Positions 1-24,532 are shown, numbered from the stretch's first letter. The stretch is DNA of 43,186 bases from Tubiluchus corallicola (GCA_030141605.1 JAQGDQ010001387.1:1-43186); one strand, 5' to 3'. Made by a program: numbers and translations. The notes: generated by a model from the letters alone, not told the origin.

Positions 1-1185
1 TACATATCCAAATACTATGCTTGGTCCAAATCTTGAAATCGGAACAATTCCATATGTCGACGATGTTTTGGGTATTGAATCTAGCGAAATAATAAAAAAT
101 GTAGTCGAGAATTTTGGAGAAACTGAGGAGCAAAAACGAGTAAGATTTTTAAATCATACAAAAAGCGAGTATATGAAAACAAAGATGAGCAAAAAGAAAA
201 TGACAGTTGAAATAAAAGAATTTGTTAAATATGGTGCAATCAGCAAGGCAAAAACATGTATGTACTTTGGTGACTGGTTTCAACTAAAAACAGATATGAT
301 GTCGTGTTAAAAGAAAGAAAATATAGAATGAAAGTAATGATAATGGGAATAAATAATGTTGGGGCTGTATCAAATATGGGCCATAAATCAACAGAAGCTA
401 GGTTAATTATCTATGAGACAATGGTGATACCTGCATTGTTATATAGTAGTGAAACGTGGGCAGATATAACAAATACAAAGTGAAAAAGGTTAGAAAGTAT
501 TTAGTTTAAAGCTTTAACAAAATTGTGTCAGAAAAAACCAACTCCTTACTGGGGCATTTTAGCTCAAGCAAACTGGTGGCTGATTAAAAATAAAGTTGAT
601 TACAAAAAGTTAATGTTTTATCATCATTAATGAATTCTGATGATTATAGGACAGCTAAACAAATAGTTGTAGAACGAAAAATAGACTGTATGAACAATGC
701 TGGTACAATGAGATTTTAAAAATTGCTAATTGCTATGAAATAAACAGTAGTGATATGGAACAAATAATTAAAAACAAGAAGTCTGAACGGAAAAGATGGT
801 TAAAGTTAAAGTGGCAAAAAAGTAGTGGTGTTCAGAGCAGAATGCAGTAAAATGACAAAATTGAGATTTCTCAAACAATGAAATTCATTTCTTGACAATG
901 AATTTTTAATATACGAATTAGGTGTGAATAAAATGGGTCATAATAATTATGAAAATTAATTTAAGTATGTTAGAAAATGCCCACATAAATAATTTAATGT
1001 GCCCCATGTGTAATACTGAGGAAGAGACAACTGAACATCTATTTGTTAGTAGCAGCTTAAGTAAATGTTTGCAGGTTGATGCCCGTGATCTATTATACCA
1101 AACGAATATGGAGGTCATAAGAAGAATCATTGAATGTACTACGGCTATGATGGAATTTAGAAATGAATGTGGATTCGTGATATGA
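1..1185 (+). mobile_element. Degenerate non-LTR retrotransposon (LINE) ORF2 3' part: RT plus C-terminal zinc knuckle
   Basis: YVDD motif (17..310), IYETMVIPALLYSSETW and TPYWGILAQ in interrupted frames, CPMCNTEEETTEHLF knuckle-like motif; several stops and frameshifts; antisense to ITPR. Confidence 0.85.
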
Positions 1186-1668
1186 AACTATACGGTGTAT
1201 ACATGTCCTGCAGTCGTTCTTGGAGTGATTGCTTGCTGAATTCTAAAGAGGTTCAAGACTAACAACTGAAGGTCGTTACGATTACGTGTATGGGCCGGCA
1301 AACACGGAAACTTGAAAACATTTTAACGAAACAGTATAGAAAGGAGGATATGGTCGAAGTACGGAATTTCGTAGGAGGCGTCGTCGTGGCTGTTGATTGA
1401 TGATGAGTGTTAGGGTTAAAGTTCTAAATTAAATATTTTAGTGGAACAAACACGTAGTTTTACATATATTTGATTTTACTAAGGCAAAATAGGAAATTAT
1501 CAAAAATTGCCTAGACCCAATGGTAAGCAATGTTTGCAATTTTGTAAAAATGGCAGAATTTTGTTAAAATACAATGATGAAAGTGAAGTGTTTGCCATAG
1601 AAACAGAAACAGATTTTCGCAAAGTAGTGAACAAAACAAATTAAAGTGTAAAAATGTAAATATTATCA

Positions 1669-2223
1669 ATGCCAGTTAGGCACCCTTGCAATAAATGTGC
1701 TAGACCCTGTAAATATAATGAAAATTCTATTAACTGTGATAATTGTTATCAGTGGACCCATTTAAGGTGCACTGCTCTGACAATTAACCAATTCAATATA
1801 CTAGGATGTAATAATGATATTTATTATTGTATTAAATGCTTAAATGATATTTTCCCCTTCCAGGAACAAGAGAATGAGGATATACAAGAATTTTTTAGAA
1901 TAGATGTATCCATGTCAACTCTGACCAGTCTACCTTCTTTGCGTGAGTTTTCTACTTTTACTAACTTTTCCACTAATAATAATGATCCTGATAACTTTCT
2001 TCCTTATCAAGAAAGTAATTATTATAAACTGTCAACTCTAACTAGTCAAGATGACTTAGCAAATACCAGTAAGGATTTCACTTTTGTGCATTTTAATGTC
2101 AGTAGTATAAACAAAAATTACACTAGTATGTTAGACGTTCTTTTACACTTTCTAGCACATGTAACTGAACGAAGTACAACGTATTACGTATTACTGTTTG
2201 ATAAAATAATAATAATAATATAA
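1669..2223 (+). mobile_element. Truncated CR1/L2-group LINE ORF: PHD finger plus start of AP endonuclease
   Basis: C4HC3 pattern CNKC...CDNC...HLRC...CIKC, then FPF, then FVHFNVSSINKN resembling APE motif I; similarity stops abruptly afterwards. Confidence 0.8.
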
Positions 2224-2276
2224 CTTTGTCTTGTTATCTAAAAATATTTATTTAAAAAGAGAAAAAACCTGCTCAC

Positions 2277-15103
<12,827 letters not shown>

Positions 15104-15608
15104 CTGAAAGAAAACAAGTTAAATCAAATGCAATTCGAATAAGCAAACCCAAAACCAACAAGAATGCCAAGAAGAACTTGATATAAAGTAGCACTGGACA
15201 AAATTACCAAAACTATTACATTGGACGTGGTATTCACCATGTGTGTACTGTACATGAGTGACCCGTAAGTGTGACCCAGCACTAGAACGTTGAATTACAA
15301 TTAATTGAAGCATTTAAAAAGGTCTTCGAAAAGGGATATCATGTTTTGTGATAAAAGGATAAAAGTCATTTGATACGTTTACAACCATTAAAGTGTTGCC
15401 ATGGTTACCGCCACGCTTAATTGTGTTTTGTTAATCAAATTTTCAACAAGGTAATTAGTTTCTGGGTTATTAATGAGCCAACGCTTGTAAAGTAATTTTC
15501 AACTCTTTGCTAAACAAAGCAATGATGAAAGCCCGCTGATGAATAAATTTGACACGCTTTTTGTATAAAAAACCAGGCACAGGTATAACTACATTTAACA
15601 CAGTAGAA

Positions 15609-16242
15609 ATAACTTTTTTTACACACAGTTTTAATATTGAGTCAACTTACCAAAGGTATAACTTTTTTACACACAGTTTTAATATTGAGTCAACTTACCA
15701 AAGGTATAACTTTTTTACACACAGTTTTAATATTGAGTCAACTTACCAAAGGTATAACGTTTTTTACACACAGTTTTAATATTGAGTCAACTTACCAAAG
15801 GTATAACTTTTTTACACACAGTTTTAATATTGAGTCAACTTACCAAAGGTATAACTTTTTTACACACAGTTTTAATATTGAGTCAACTTACCAAAGGTAT
15901 AACGTTTTTTACACACAGTTTTAATATTGAGTCAACTTACCAAAGGTATAACTTTTTTACACACAGTTTTAATATTGAGTCAACTTACCAAAGGTATAAC
16001 TAACTTTTTTTACACACAGTTTTAATATTGAGTCAACTTACCAAAGGTATAACTTTTTTACACACAGTTTTAATATTGAGTCAACTTACCAAAGGTATAA
16101 CTTTTTTACACACAGTTTTAATATTGAGTCAACTTACCAAAGGTATAACTTTTTTTACACACAGTTTTAATATTGAGTCAACTTACCAAAGGTATAACGT
16201 TTTTTACACACAGTTTTAATATTGAGTCAACTTTTCAAAGGT
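15609..16242. repeat. Minisatellite, 13 copies of a 48-49-bp unit
   Basis: Unit ataacttttttacacacagttttaatattgagtcaacttaccaaaggt, head to tail without spacers. Confidence 0.96.
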
Positions 16243-16328
16243 AGGGAACAGTACCAGATGAAGTGATTTTCAGAAAAGGCAAAGGAAAAATGAAAGTGAA
16301 GCCAAACGATTGAAATCCATAAATGAAA

Positions 16329-16721
16329 CCATTTATCATTAGATGATTACCAAACTGTGAATCAATGACCTTTTCAGAGGTTAAAAAGGATGTTTATGAT
16401 TATTCATGAATGAAATCAATATCCCGTGGCAGCCAGACACCCCGGGATCAGAGAAACCTGAATGAAACAAGAAACGAATTGTTTTCTTTTCAATCCCTAT
16501 TAAACTTATCATCCCGTGTCGAAGACGCGAAGGAAACTGGAGAGATGCCGCTTTTTTACCCGCAATCATTTGCTCATCTGGCAATCCTATAGAATTCCAG
16601 TTATGATAGTTTCGAGGAAGTTGAATAATTTGATATTGCTGAATCAATCGCTGATGCTGCAACTAAGGGCGGACTGAAGAGGAGGGGGTTACCATCAATC
16701 ATCTAGTAATGCCGTAAACGG
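16329..16721. mobile_element. Possible MITE with imperfect terminal inverted repeats (mirror 26424..26856)
   Basis: ccatttatcattagatgatt ... aatcatctagtaatgccgtaaacgg; aaa on both flanks. Confidence 0.4.
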
Positions 16722-17389
16722 AAAGAGTAAAAAAAAATTAAATTTTTGGTCCTCAAGCCACTTAGAAGCAAAGGGTTTAGAACGTGAAGTGGGTTGCAAT
16801 TATTTTGGTAGCTTGCATTTCAAAGCTTAGATCTGTCCTAGTCGCAATTAAAGCAAAGTTAAGAATTTGGGCAAAGCGGACGTTGCCAATAAATATTGGG
16901 TAATATACTACAAGAGCAAGTTGTGTAACAGTTCTAGAAGCAAATGGCGCTAATAAACGTAATTACGGTTTACATCCCATCATTAAGTAACAACAATCTC
17001 ATTGAGCAAGAAAAGACTAGAGGACGAGTGCCTGAATGGTAAAGAAAACTCGTTCTCTTCCGGCAAACTTGTACTGTATTGGACCCAGCGTATTTGCAAG
17101 CTTCTCATAGCACAGTCAGTCTTCTCCTTGCATGTATAAGCAAGATCGTAAGAGCGATATAACAGCCATTTAGGAGCAGAATTTGTCAGCTTCAGCAATT
17201 TCGCCAGAATGAAAATCAGTTTGCTGCGTGGAAACCCCCATCGCATCAATTTAAACTACACGCAAAGACAACTTGCACACGGAGCAGTCAATTTGTTAAT
17301 TTACATACGTAGCTAACAATTAATAGGTTTTCGCAACTAACATGATTCAACGAACGAACGAACGAATAAATGAACGAAATAAGTGAAAT

Positions 17390-17457
17390 GATGGATGGAT
17401 GGATGGATGGGTGGATGGATGGATGGATGGATGGATGGATGGATGGATGGATGGATG
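17390..17457. repeat. (GGAT)n microsatellite
   Basis: Directly visible. Confidence 0.95.
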
Positions 17458-18612
17458 AATGAGTAAGCGAGTGACTGCTGAAGACAACTATATTCTCAGT
17501 AATAATTTCAACAACGAAACGTCAGAAATATTTGGAAAAAGGGGAACAGCCAATTCAGCAATAAATGGAGTGCACTTAGCGATCGAAGTTACGCTTCGCC
17601 GAGCTTGATCAGTAAATGGATTTGCAACTGCTAGATGTGCCTGGGTAATTTCATCTCCCATCCAACTATCTACACATTGAAACGTGGCTATGATCCTTCT
17701 GCACGTTCATTATCTTAACTTAGAGAATTATCCTCGATAAAGGGATAGATTCCAATCCCACCATATGTACTGCTGAATTTGAAGAAACCCTAAATATCAG
17801 GTTGTCACAACGAATTCAGTGAAGCAGAGAACTGACCTCTTTTCTCACTGCCTTCAAAATGACTGCAAAGCCAAGTTACAATAGAAGACAGATGGAGAGT
17901 GGAGCAAGAATTATGATCAATTAGATAGGAAGCCATCCTTTCAGCCCAGCATCATCGAGTTAACACAAGCGACGTGTACAACTCACATCAGTCCCATTTA
18001 TCTAGCGCTCTGTTCATAGATTCACGGACAAGACAGATGGACCATGTATTTCGTAACACGTTTGCAAGAGAGATAACCATAGTTTAGACTAAGATTAACA
18101 ATCCCTTTACTAAGAACTAGAAACATGCTTGGAGTTTATACATGCAGCTGTGCCTGATACAGTCATGTTATTCTTAAGAGAGAAACCCAAAAACCCAAAG
18201 TTAATGACTTTGTCTGCGCTAGTATCAGCACGTCATAAGGAATACAAACTGTAACTGTCTTTGCTATATAAAAATCTTTATGGATTTACACATCCACAAG
18301 CCTAACCCAAGTTTCGTGTTTCGTGACATAATTGGATGTGAGTGACCCCCCCCCCCTACTCCCTTAAGGAATCGGAAAGCAAAGACAGCGCCTCCTACTG
18401 GGATTTTCGATGATTTACCCCTGAACCACGCGGAAATCATTTCACAAACTTTTCCGTTTTACAATATTTCATTTATTATGTAAACAGCGGCTTCATAAAA
18501 TCCTGTAGTACCAAATGGCTTCAATTTGTAGCTAATCTGTAAAACAACTTTAAAGAATCTGTTCTCGAAGTTATGAGAAATCATAATATTCATGAGTTTC
18601 GGTACGATTTCG

Positions 18613-19037
18613 TTACAGTACGAATAGTGAAATATCATTACAGAACGAATAGTGAAATATCATTACAGTACGAATAGTGAAATATCATTACAGTACGAAT
18701 AGTGCTATATCATTACAGTACGAATAGTGAAATATCATTACAGTACGAATAGTGAAATATCATTACAGTACGAATAGTGCTATATCATTACAGTACGAAT
18801 AGTGAAATATCATTACAGTACGAATAGTGAAATATCATTACAGTACGAATAGTGTATATCATTACAGTACGAATTTTTGTGTGTGTATATCATTACAGTA
18901 CGAATAGTGAAATATCATTACAGTACGAATAGTGATATCATTACAGTACGAATAGTGCTATATCATTACAGTACGAATAGTGAAATATCATTACGGTACG
19001 AATAGTGAAATATCATTACAGTACGAATAGTGAAATA
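18613..19037. repeat. Minisatellite, ~17 copies of a 25-bp unit
   Basis: Unit ttacagtacgaatagtgaaatatca. Confidence 0.95.
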
Positions 19038-19157
19038 ATTCAATAAAAATGAAATTGCTAATTTTATAAAGTTTGAAATTATCACTGAAACGCACTGCAG
19101 GCCTTGTTTTACTGAATGGAACAATCTGTTAACCTTTACAAGTAAACGTCTGCGATT

Positions 19158-19420
19158 GCCAGCGCGAGATAATAGTTGAGTGGTGACTGTGTATCCTTAG
19201 CAACTGAAGTTAAGCAACACCCAGCCTAGTCAAGAAATGAATGGGTGATTCAGAGCCCATTCTGGTATAAGACCACGGGTGTCCAAGCCATGGCTGAGAC
19301 ACTCCTGCCGGTCCCATGGCTCATCATAAAGGATTATCCCTGATGAAGAGATAAGTTCGGTCCCGCGACAATAATGTACATCGAGTAGGTCCTTCTGTTG
19401 AGTGATGCAACCCAGCTTGT
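19158..19420 (+). mobile_element. Probable degenerate SINE with tRNA-like A box and 5S rRNA-derived segment
   Basis: tagttgagtggt (A-box-like), then ctgaagttaagcaaca...gcctagtca...gaatgggtga resembling 5S box A to box C; 3' limit uncertain. Confidence 0.5.
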
Positions 19421-20166
19421 AGAGTAAAAATGTACTGAAAAATATTCAGCAAGTGCACTGTGTGCGGTTTGTATTATCAGAAGAAGCAATACCCTTTAGA
19501 AGAGTCTAAATGACAACTTTAAAATTCTTGTAGTTCCTGCACAAAAAATTATACTCAGACGGACTTAAGCTTCAATGCAAGATTCACTGATCTACATTCC
19601 CGGGCACAAGAAAGTTTCTGGAACGCTCCCATTTTCATTAATTAAGCAGCTGCAGACGCCTTCAAACGAAGAAACCTTGACCAGACCAGCAGTACTCAGC
19701 AAAAATACTGGACAGAAATAACAGAACCTAGTTTCAGCCTCAGCAAAACTAAAACAGTCAGTAATCAGCGTGACGTATTTTAGACAAACTGACGGAACTG
19801 GTGCACTTATCTACCAAATAAACATAAACATAGGTCCCATCATCGACAAGATGATCAATAAATGCTTGACTGGGAACTAAAAGAATGTGAGCTTCTAAAG
19901 TCCGAGGTAATAGATCAGAGAGCATTAGTTCGTCTGCTGTTATTTGTTTTTTTCAACCAAGTCATAGATACATACTACACAAGCGCTAAGCAATACGGAG
20001 AACAATAATCTTGCCAGCTTAAGTTAGGGGTGGGTGCAATAAATTCGGCTGAAAAACTATTTGCATTATATTAGATTTTTTGGTATATATGTGCTGGCTA
20101 CATATGCGACGATAGACGTGAGAGTTACAGTGATGAAATAAGTTGTAGCGAGCTTGTAATTTATAC

Positions 20167-20253
20167 ATATATATATATATATATATATAGCGTATATATA
20201 AATGTAATATAATGTATATGCAAGCAAACGAACACGACGCACGCGCGCACGCA

Positions 20254-20315
<62 letters not shown>
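20167..20315. repeat. Compound microsatellite (AT)n...(GCAC)n(AC)n
   Basis: Directly visible. Confidence 0.93.
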
Positions 20316-20317
<2 letters not shown>

Positions 20318-20560
20318 GTATATACAAAGATAATCCAACGCAAACATAGGAAATGTGTAAACGGGTTAATAGATCAGTTATTAACAGCCATAGATCAATG
20401 CCAGTAAAATATGTTTTCCTCCATTAATTTCTATCTGTTGGAGCTTTGTTAAGTGATTAAGACACCTGCACGTGGCTAGTGAAACTAATTGCTCCAAGTT
20501 CAGCATGTAACAAATACGTTACAGAAAATGGCTTTTTTCACTGGTGGTTTACAGACTTTT

Positions 20561-22643
20561 TGAAATATATAGCCTAATTTATACCTGTCAGACAGACTGT
20601 TCTAAAATTCAGTATCTGATTTTGTATATTGCATGGTGGGAGAAGATAAGTTTCATTTCTTCAAGGAAGAATTTGACAAAAAAGTTGCTAAAGAACTACT
20701 TTTCATTAAACGGCGGTAATAACAGTTTTATTAATAAGAAACGTTGTCAAAACAATATAATTACTTTGTGGCTGACTAAAAAGACAGATAACTTAAGTCA
20801 CAGCGAAAATGTGCACACTTTATTTACACTTGATTACAATCTATTCATTTATGTAATCACAGTAATATAACTACATATATATTAAGATATGTCTAAGTTA
20901 CAGCACCTGCTACTGACTACTCTCCTACCTACTAGGGCACAACGCTTGCTAAAGTAAAAAAATACATGGATGAGAAGTGACAATAGTCACATTACTAAAG
21001 CCACTGTGATCAGTCATCACAGTCCCAGTGTGATGAGGGCTATCTATGTTTAAGAAGACACAGTGACACATTATGCGACTGCTTGTTTTGTTTTGAGAAA
21101 CTGTCTGTTATTAGCAGTGAACTACAGGCGGTTGTATGTTTGTTGTTTGTGAGACCAAAGCAGAGCTCAAAGGTTACACAAACAAAGAGGCAAAATGCGA
21201 ACCTTTGGGCTTTAAGTCAATAACGTGAAGAAAATTCTCCTAGGAATTCACACAAGAGAATACCATTACGTGAAAAAAATGAAAACAAAAAAATTGAACA
21301 GCCGTTTTTAGGGAGTTTCCCAGTTATATGATATCTGCAAGGAGATTATTTTCGGCCTACAAGAGCACATTCACATACCGAATTGTTCAGTTAATAAGCT
21401 TCGAAGGTCCTAAATATTCCAAAGATCCCATTGTATAGATATGTACCTATAGAGTGAATTTCTAGCAAAAAGGACATGAAACATTTATGTTAGGAGATTT
21501 GGCAATCCTGGGAAGTTGCTTCTCTGCGTTTCAGCTGACATGATGAGTTTCAGCGTTCATGGTTTGCAACACCAGATATTTTCTTTCCATCCCTTGACAA
21601 AGAGCACGTAGCCGTGGACTTTCACAGTGACACATAATCGTGTTTGCGTGTGACATTACAAACTATCCTGATTAAAAGGCACCTCAACAAAAGCACGCCA
21701 AGTACTCAAGCTGAAGGGTACGCTCAATCATGTGATTTTGCCTGGCTTCCTGTTTAGCGAGCTAGGTACAAACCGGAGAGTCATCTGATAGCGCTGATGA
21801 AATTTATCAACGAGTGGAAAACTATGATCAAGCATATTGGCAGAGAAATAATGACTTGTATTGATCGAGTGGAACCCAAGAGAAGTGGATTCAGAAGAGC
21901 CGTTGAGAAAGACGAAGAAGTAAAAATTATGACCGAACTCTACAGAACCACAGAGCTGTTAAAATCCTAAAAACTACGAAATCCTTGAAAAATTGAAAGA
22001 TCTGAGCATTTTGATATCTATTCAGGCAATTGTATTAATTACGTAAAACAGAATTACAATACCGTCAAACACTGAATTACACTAAAACACCTGAAAGACA
22101 TCAGCAATAATTTTACTAGTCCAAAATTGAATTTATTGCCGACCGGTTTTGAACAAACTATTAATTGTCAAGGCATCTAAATTTAGCAATTTACCTTGCA
22201 GATTACACTTGCAAATTGCCAAATTATCTATATAATGGTTTATCATATATCTTTTGGCTATCTAAATACTGAATTGCATTTCGTTGTTGTTTCCAAATTC
22301 TTGTTTGTTTGTTGTTTTAGATGCCTTGACAATGAACAGTGTGTTTGAAACCGGTCAGCAACAAATTGAATTTTGGTGTAGTTACATCTATTTGCTAAAT
22401 ATGGATAATTCAATTTTACTAGTGACGTTTTTTTCTCAGAATATCATACTGCCACAGTACTATCTATAACAGAAATAATAAACTGTTATGCATTGAAGCT
22501 TTCAAATACATGTAGCTTGATAGAGTTTAAGAGCGCATTATCTTATTAACAGCATTGTCCTTTACTGGCAACCAAAAAGTACACTGGCAGCATGTTAACC
22601 AATCAACCAAAAAGTACACAGGCAGCATGTTAATCAATCAACC
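20561..22643. other. Unique 2083-bp spacer (loop) of the palindrome
   Basis: No mirrored counterpart seen; ORFs 20544..20870 and 22284..22469 have no mirror in the track. Confidence 0.93.
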
Positions 22644-22649
22644 AAAAGT
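22569..22649. repeat. 35-bp tandem repeat (2 units plus a truncated third) overlapping the right arm junction
   Basis: caaccaaaaagtacactggcagcatgttaaccaat at 22569, near-identical copy at 22604, caaccaaaagt at 22639. Confidence 0.9.
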
Positions 22650-22886
22650 CTGTAAACCACCAGTGAAAAAAGCCATTTTCTGTAACGTATTTGTTACATG
22701 CTGAACTTGGAGCAATTAGTTTCACTAGCCACGTGCAGGTGTCTTAATCACTTAACAAAGCTCCAACAGATAGAAATTAATGGAGGAAAACATATTTTAC
22801 TGGCATTGATCTATGGCTGTTAATAACTGATCTATTAACCCGTTTACACATTTCCTATGTTTGCGTTGGATTATCTTTGTATATAC

Positions 22887-22888
<2 letters not shown>

Positions 22889-22950
<62 letters not shown>

Positions 22951-23037
22951 TGCGTGCGCGCGTGCGTCGTGTTCGTTTGCTTGCATATACATTATATTAC
23001 ATTTATATATACGCTATATATATATATATATATATAT
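22889..23037. repeat. Compound microsatellite (TG)n(CGTG)n...(TA)n, mirror copy
   Basis: Directly visible. Confidence 0.93.
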
Positions 23038-23783
23038 GTATAAATTACAAGCTCGCTACAACTTATTTCATCACTGTAACTCTCACGTCTATCGTCGCAT
23101 ATGTAACCAGCACATATATACCAAAAAATCCAACATAATGCAAATAGTTTTTCAGCCGAATTTATTGCACCCACCCCTAACTTAAGCTGGCAAGATTATT
23201 GTTCTCCGTATTGCTTAGCGCTTGTGTAGTATGTATCTATGACTTCGTTGAAAAAAAACAAATAACAGCAGACGAACTAATGCTCTCTGATCTATTACCT
23301 CGGACTCTAGAAGCTCACATTCTTTTAGTTCCCAGTCAAGCATTTATTGATCATCTTGTCGATGATGGGACCTATGTTTATGTTTATTTGGTAGATAAGT
23401 GCACCAGTTCCGTCAGTTTGTCTAAAATACGTCACGCTGATTACTGACTGTTTTAGTTTTGCTGAGGCTGAAACTAGGTTCTGTTATTTCTGTCCAGTAT
23501 TTTTGCTGAGTACTGCTGGTCTGGTCAAGGTTTCTTCGTTTGAAGGCGTCTGCAGCTGCTTAATTAATGAAAATGGGAGCGTTCCAGAAACTTTCTTGTG
23601 CCCGGGAATGTAGATCAGTGAATCTTGCATTGAAGCTTAAGTCCGTCTGAGTATAATTTTTTGTGCAGGAACTACAAGAATTTTAAAGTTGTCATTTAGA
23701 CTCTTCTAAAGGGTATTGCTTCTTCTGATAATACAAACCGCACACAGTGCACTTGCTGAATATTTTTAGTACATTTTTACTCT

Positions 23784-24046
23784 ACAAGCTGGGTTGCATC
23801 ACTCAACAGAAGGACCTACTCGATGTACATTATTGTCGCGGGACCGAACTTATCTCTTCATCAGGGATAATCCTTTATGATGAGCCATGGGACCGGCAGG
23901 AGTGTCTCAGCCATGGCTTGGACACCCGTGGTCTTATACCAGAATGGGCTCTGAATCACCCATTCATTTCTTGACTAGGCTGGGTGTTGCTTAACTTCAG
24001 TTGCTAAGGATACACAGTCACCACTCAACTATTATCTCGCGCTGGC
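23784..24046 (-). mobile_element. tRNA/5S-like SINE, mirror copy
   Basis: Mirror of 19158..19420. Confidence 0.5.
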
Positions 24047-24166
24047 AATCGCAGACGTTTACTTGTAAAGGTTAACAGATTGTTCCATTCAGTAAAACAA
24101 GGCCTGCAGTGCGTTTCAGTGATAATTTCAAACTTTATAAAATTAGCAATTTCATTTTTATTGAAT

Positions 24167-24532
24167 TATTTCACTATTCGTACTGTAATGATATAGTACT
24201 GTAATGATATCACTATTCGTACTGTAATGATATTTCACTATTCGTACTGTAATGATATACACACACAAAAATTCGTACTGTAATGATATACACTATTCGT
24301 ACTGTAATGATATTTCACTATTCGTACTGTAATGATATTTCACTATTCGTACTGTAATGATATAGCACTATTCGTACTGTAATGATATTTCACTATTCGT
24401 ACTGTAATGATATTTCACTATTCGTACTGTAATGATATAGCACTATTCGTACTGTAATGATATTTCACTATTCGTACTGTAATGATATTTCACTATTCGT
24501 ACTGTAATGATATTTCACTATTCGTACTGTAA
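24167..24532. repeat. 25-bp minisatellite, mirror copy (~14 units plus a partial)
   Basis: Reverse complement of the same unit; 59 bp shorter than the left array. Confidence 0.95.

Noticed and set aside
15609-16242. CRISPR array or repeat-protein ORFs
   Set aside because: Units are head to tail with no unique spacers, there are no cas genes and the context is eukaryotic; the ORFs arise because 48 bp is a multiple of three.
17860-18060. Gypsy integrase remnant (TDG-VEQ, LTSVPFI*RSVHRFT)
   Set aside because: Needs several frameshifts; too weak to call without blastx.
18613-19037. CRISPR or telomeric array
   Set aside because: No spacers and no G-rich telomere motif; ordinary minisatellite.
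19200-19250. Functional 5S rRNA gene
   Set aside because: Only a diverged internal segment resembles 5S; both ends are absent.
19340-19400. Hammerhead ribozyme at ctgatga
   Set aside because: No stem II followed by the GAAA core.
21003-21023. Short hairpin actgtgat-cagtc-atcacagt in the spacer
   Set aside because: An 8-bp stem is plausible by chance and is not at either junction.
23199-23447. HLVDDG as the missing ITPR LVDDRC exon
   Set aside because: Only four residues match, flanking residues do not, and no suitable splice sites were seen.
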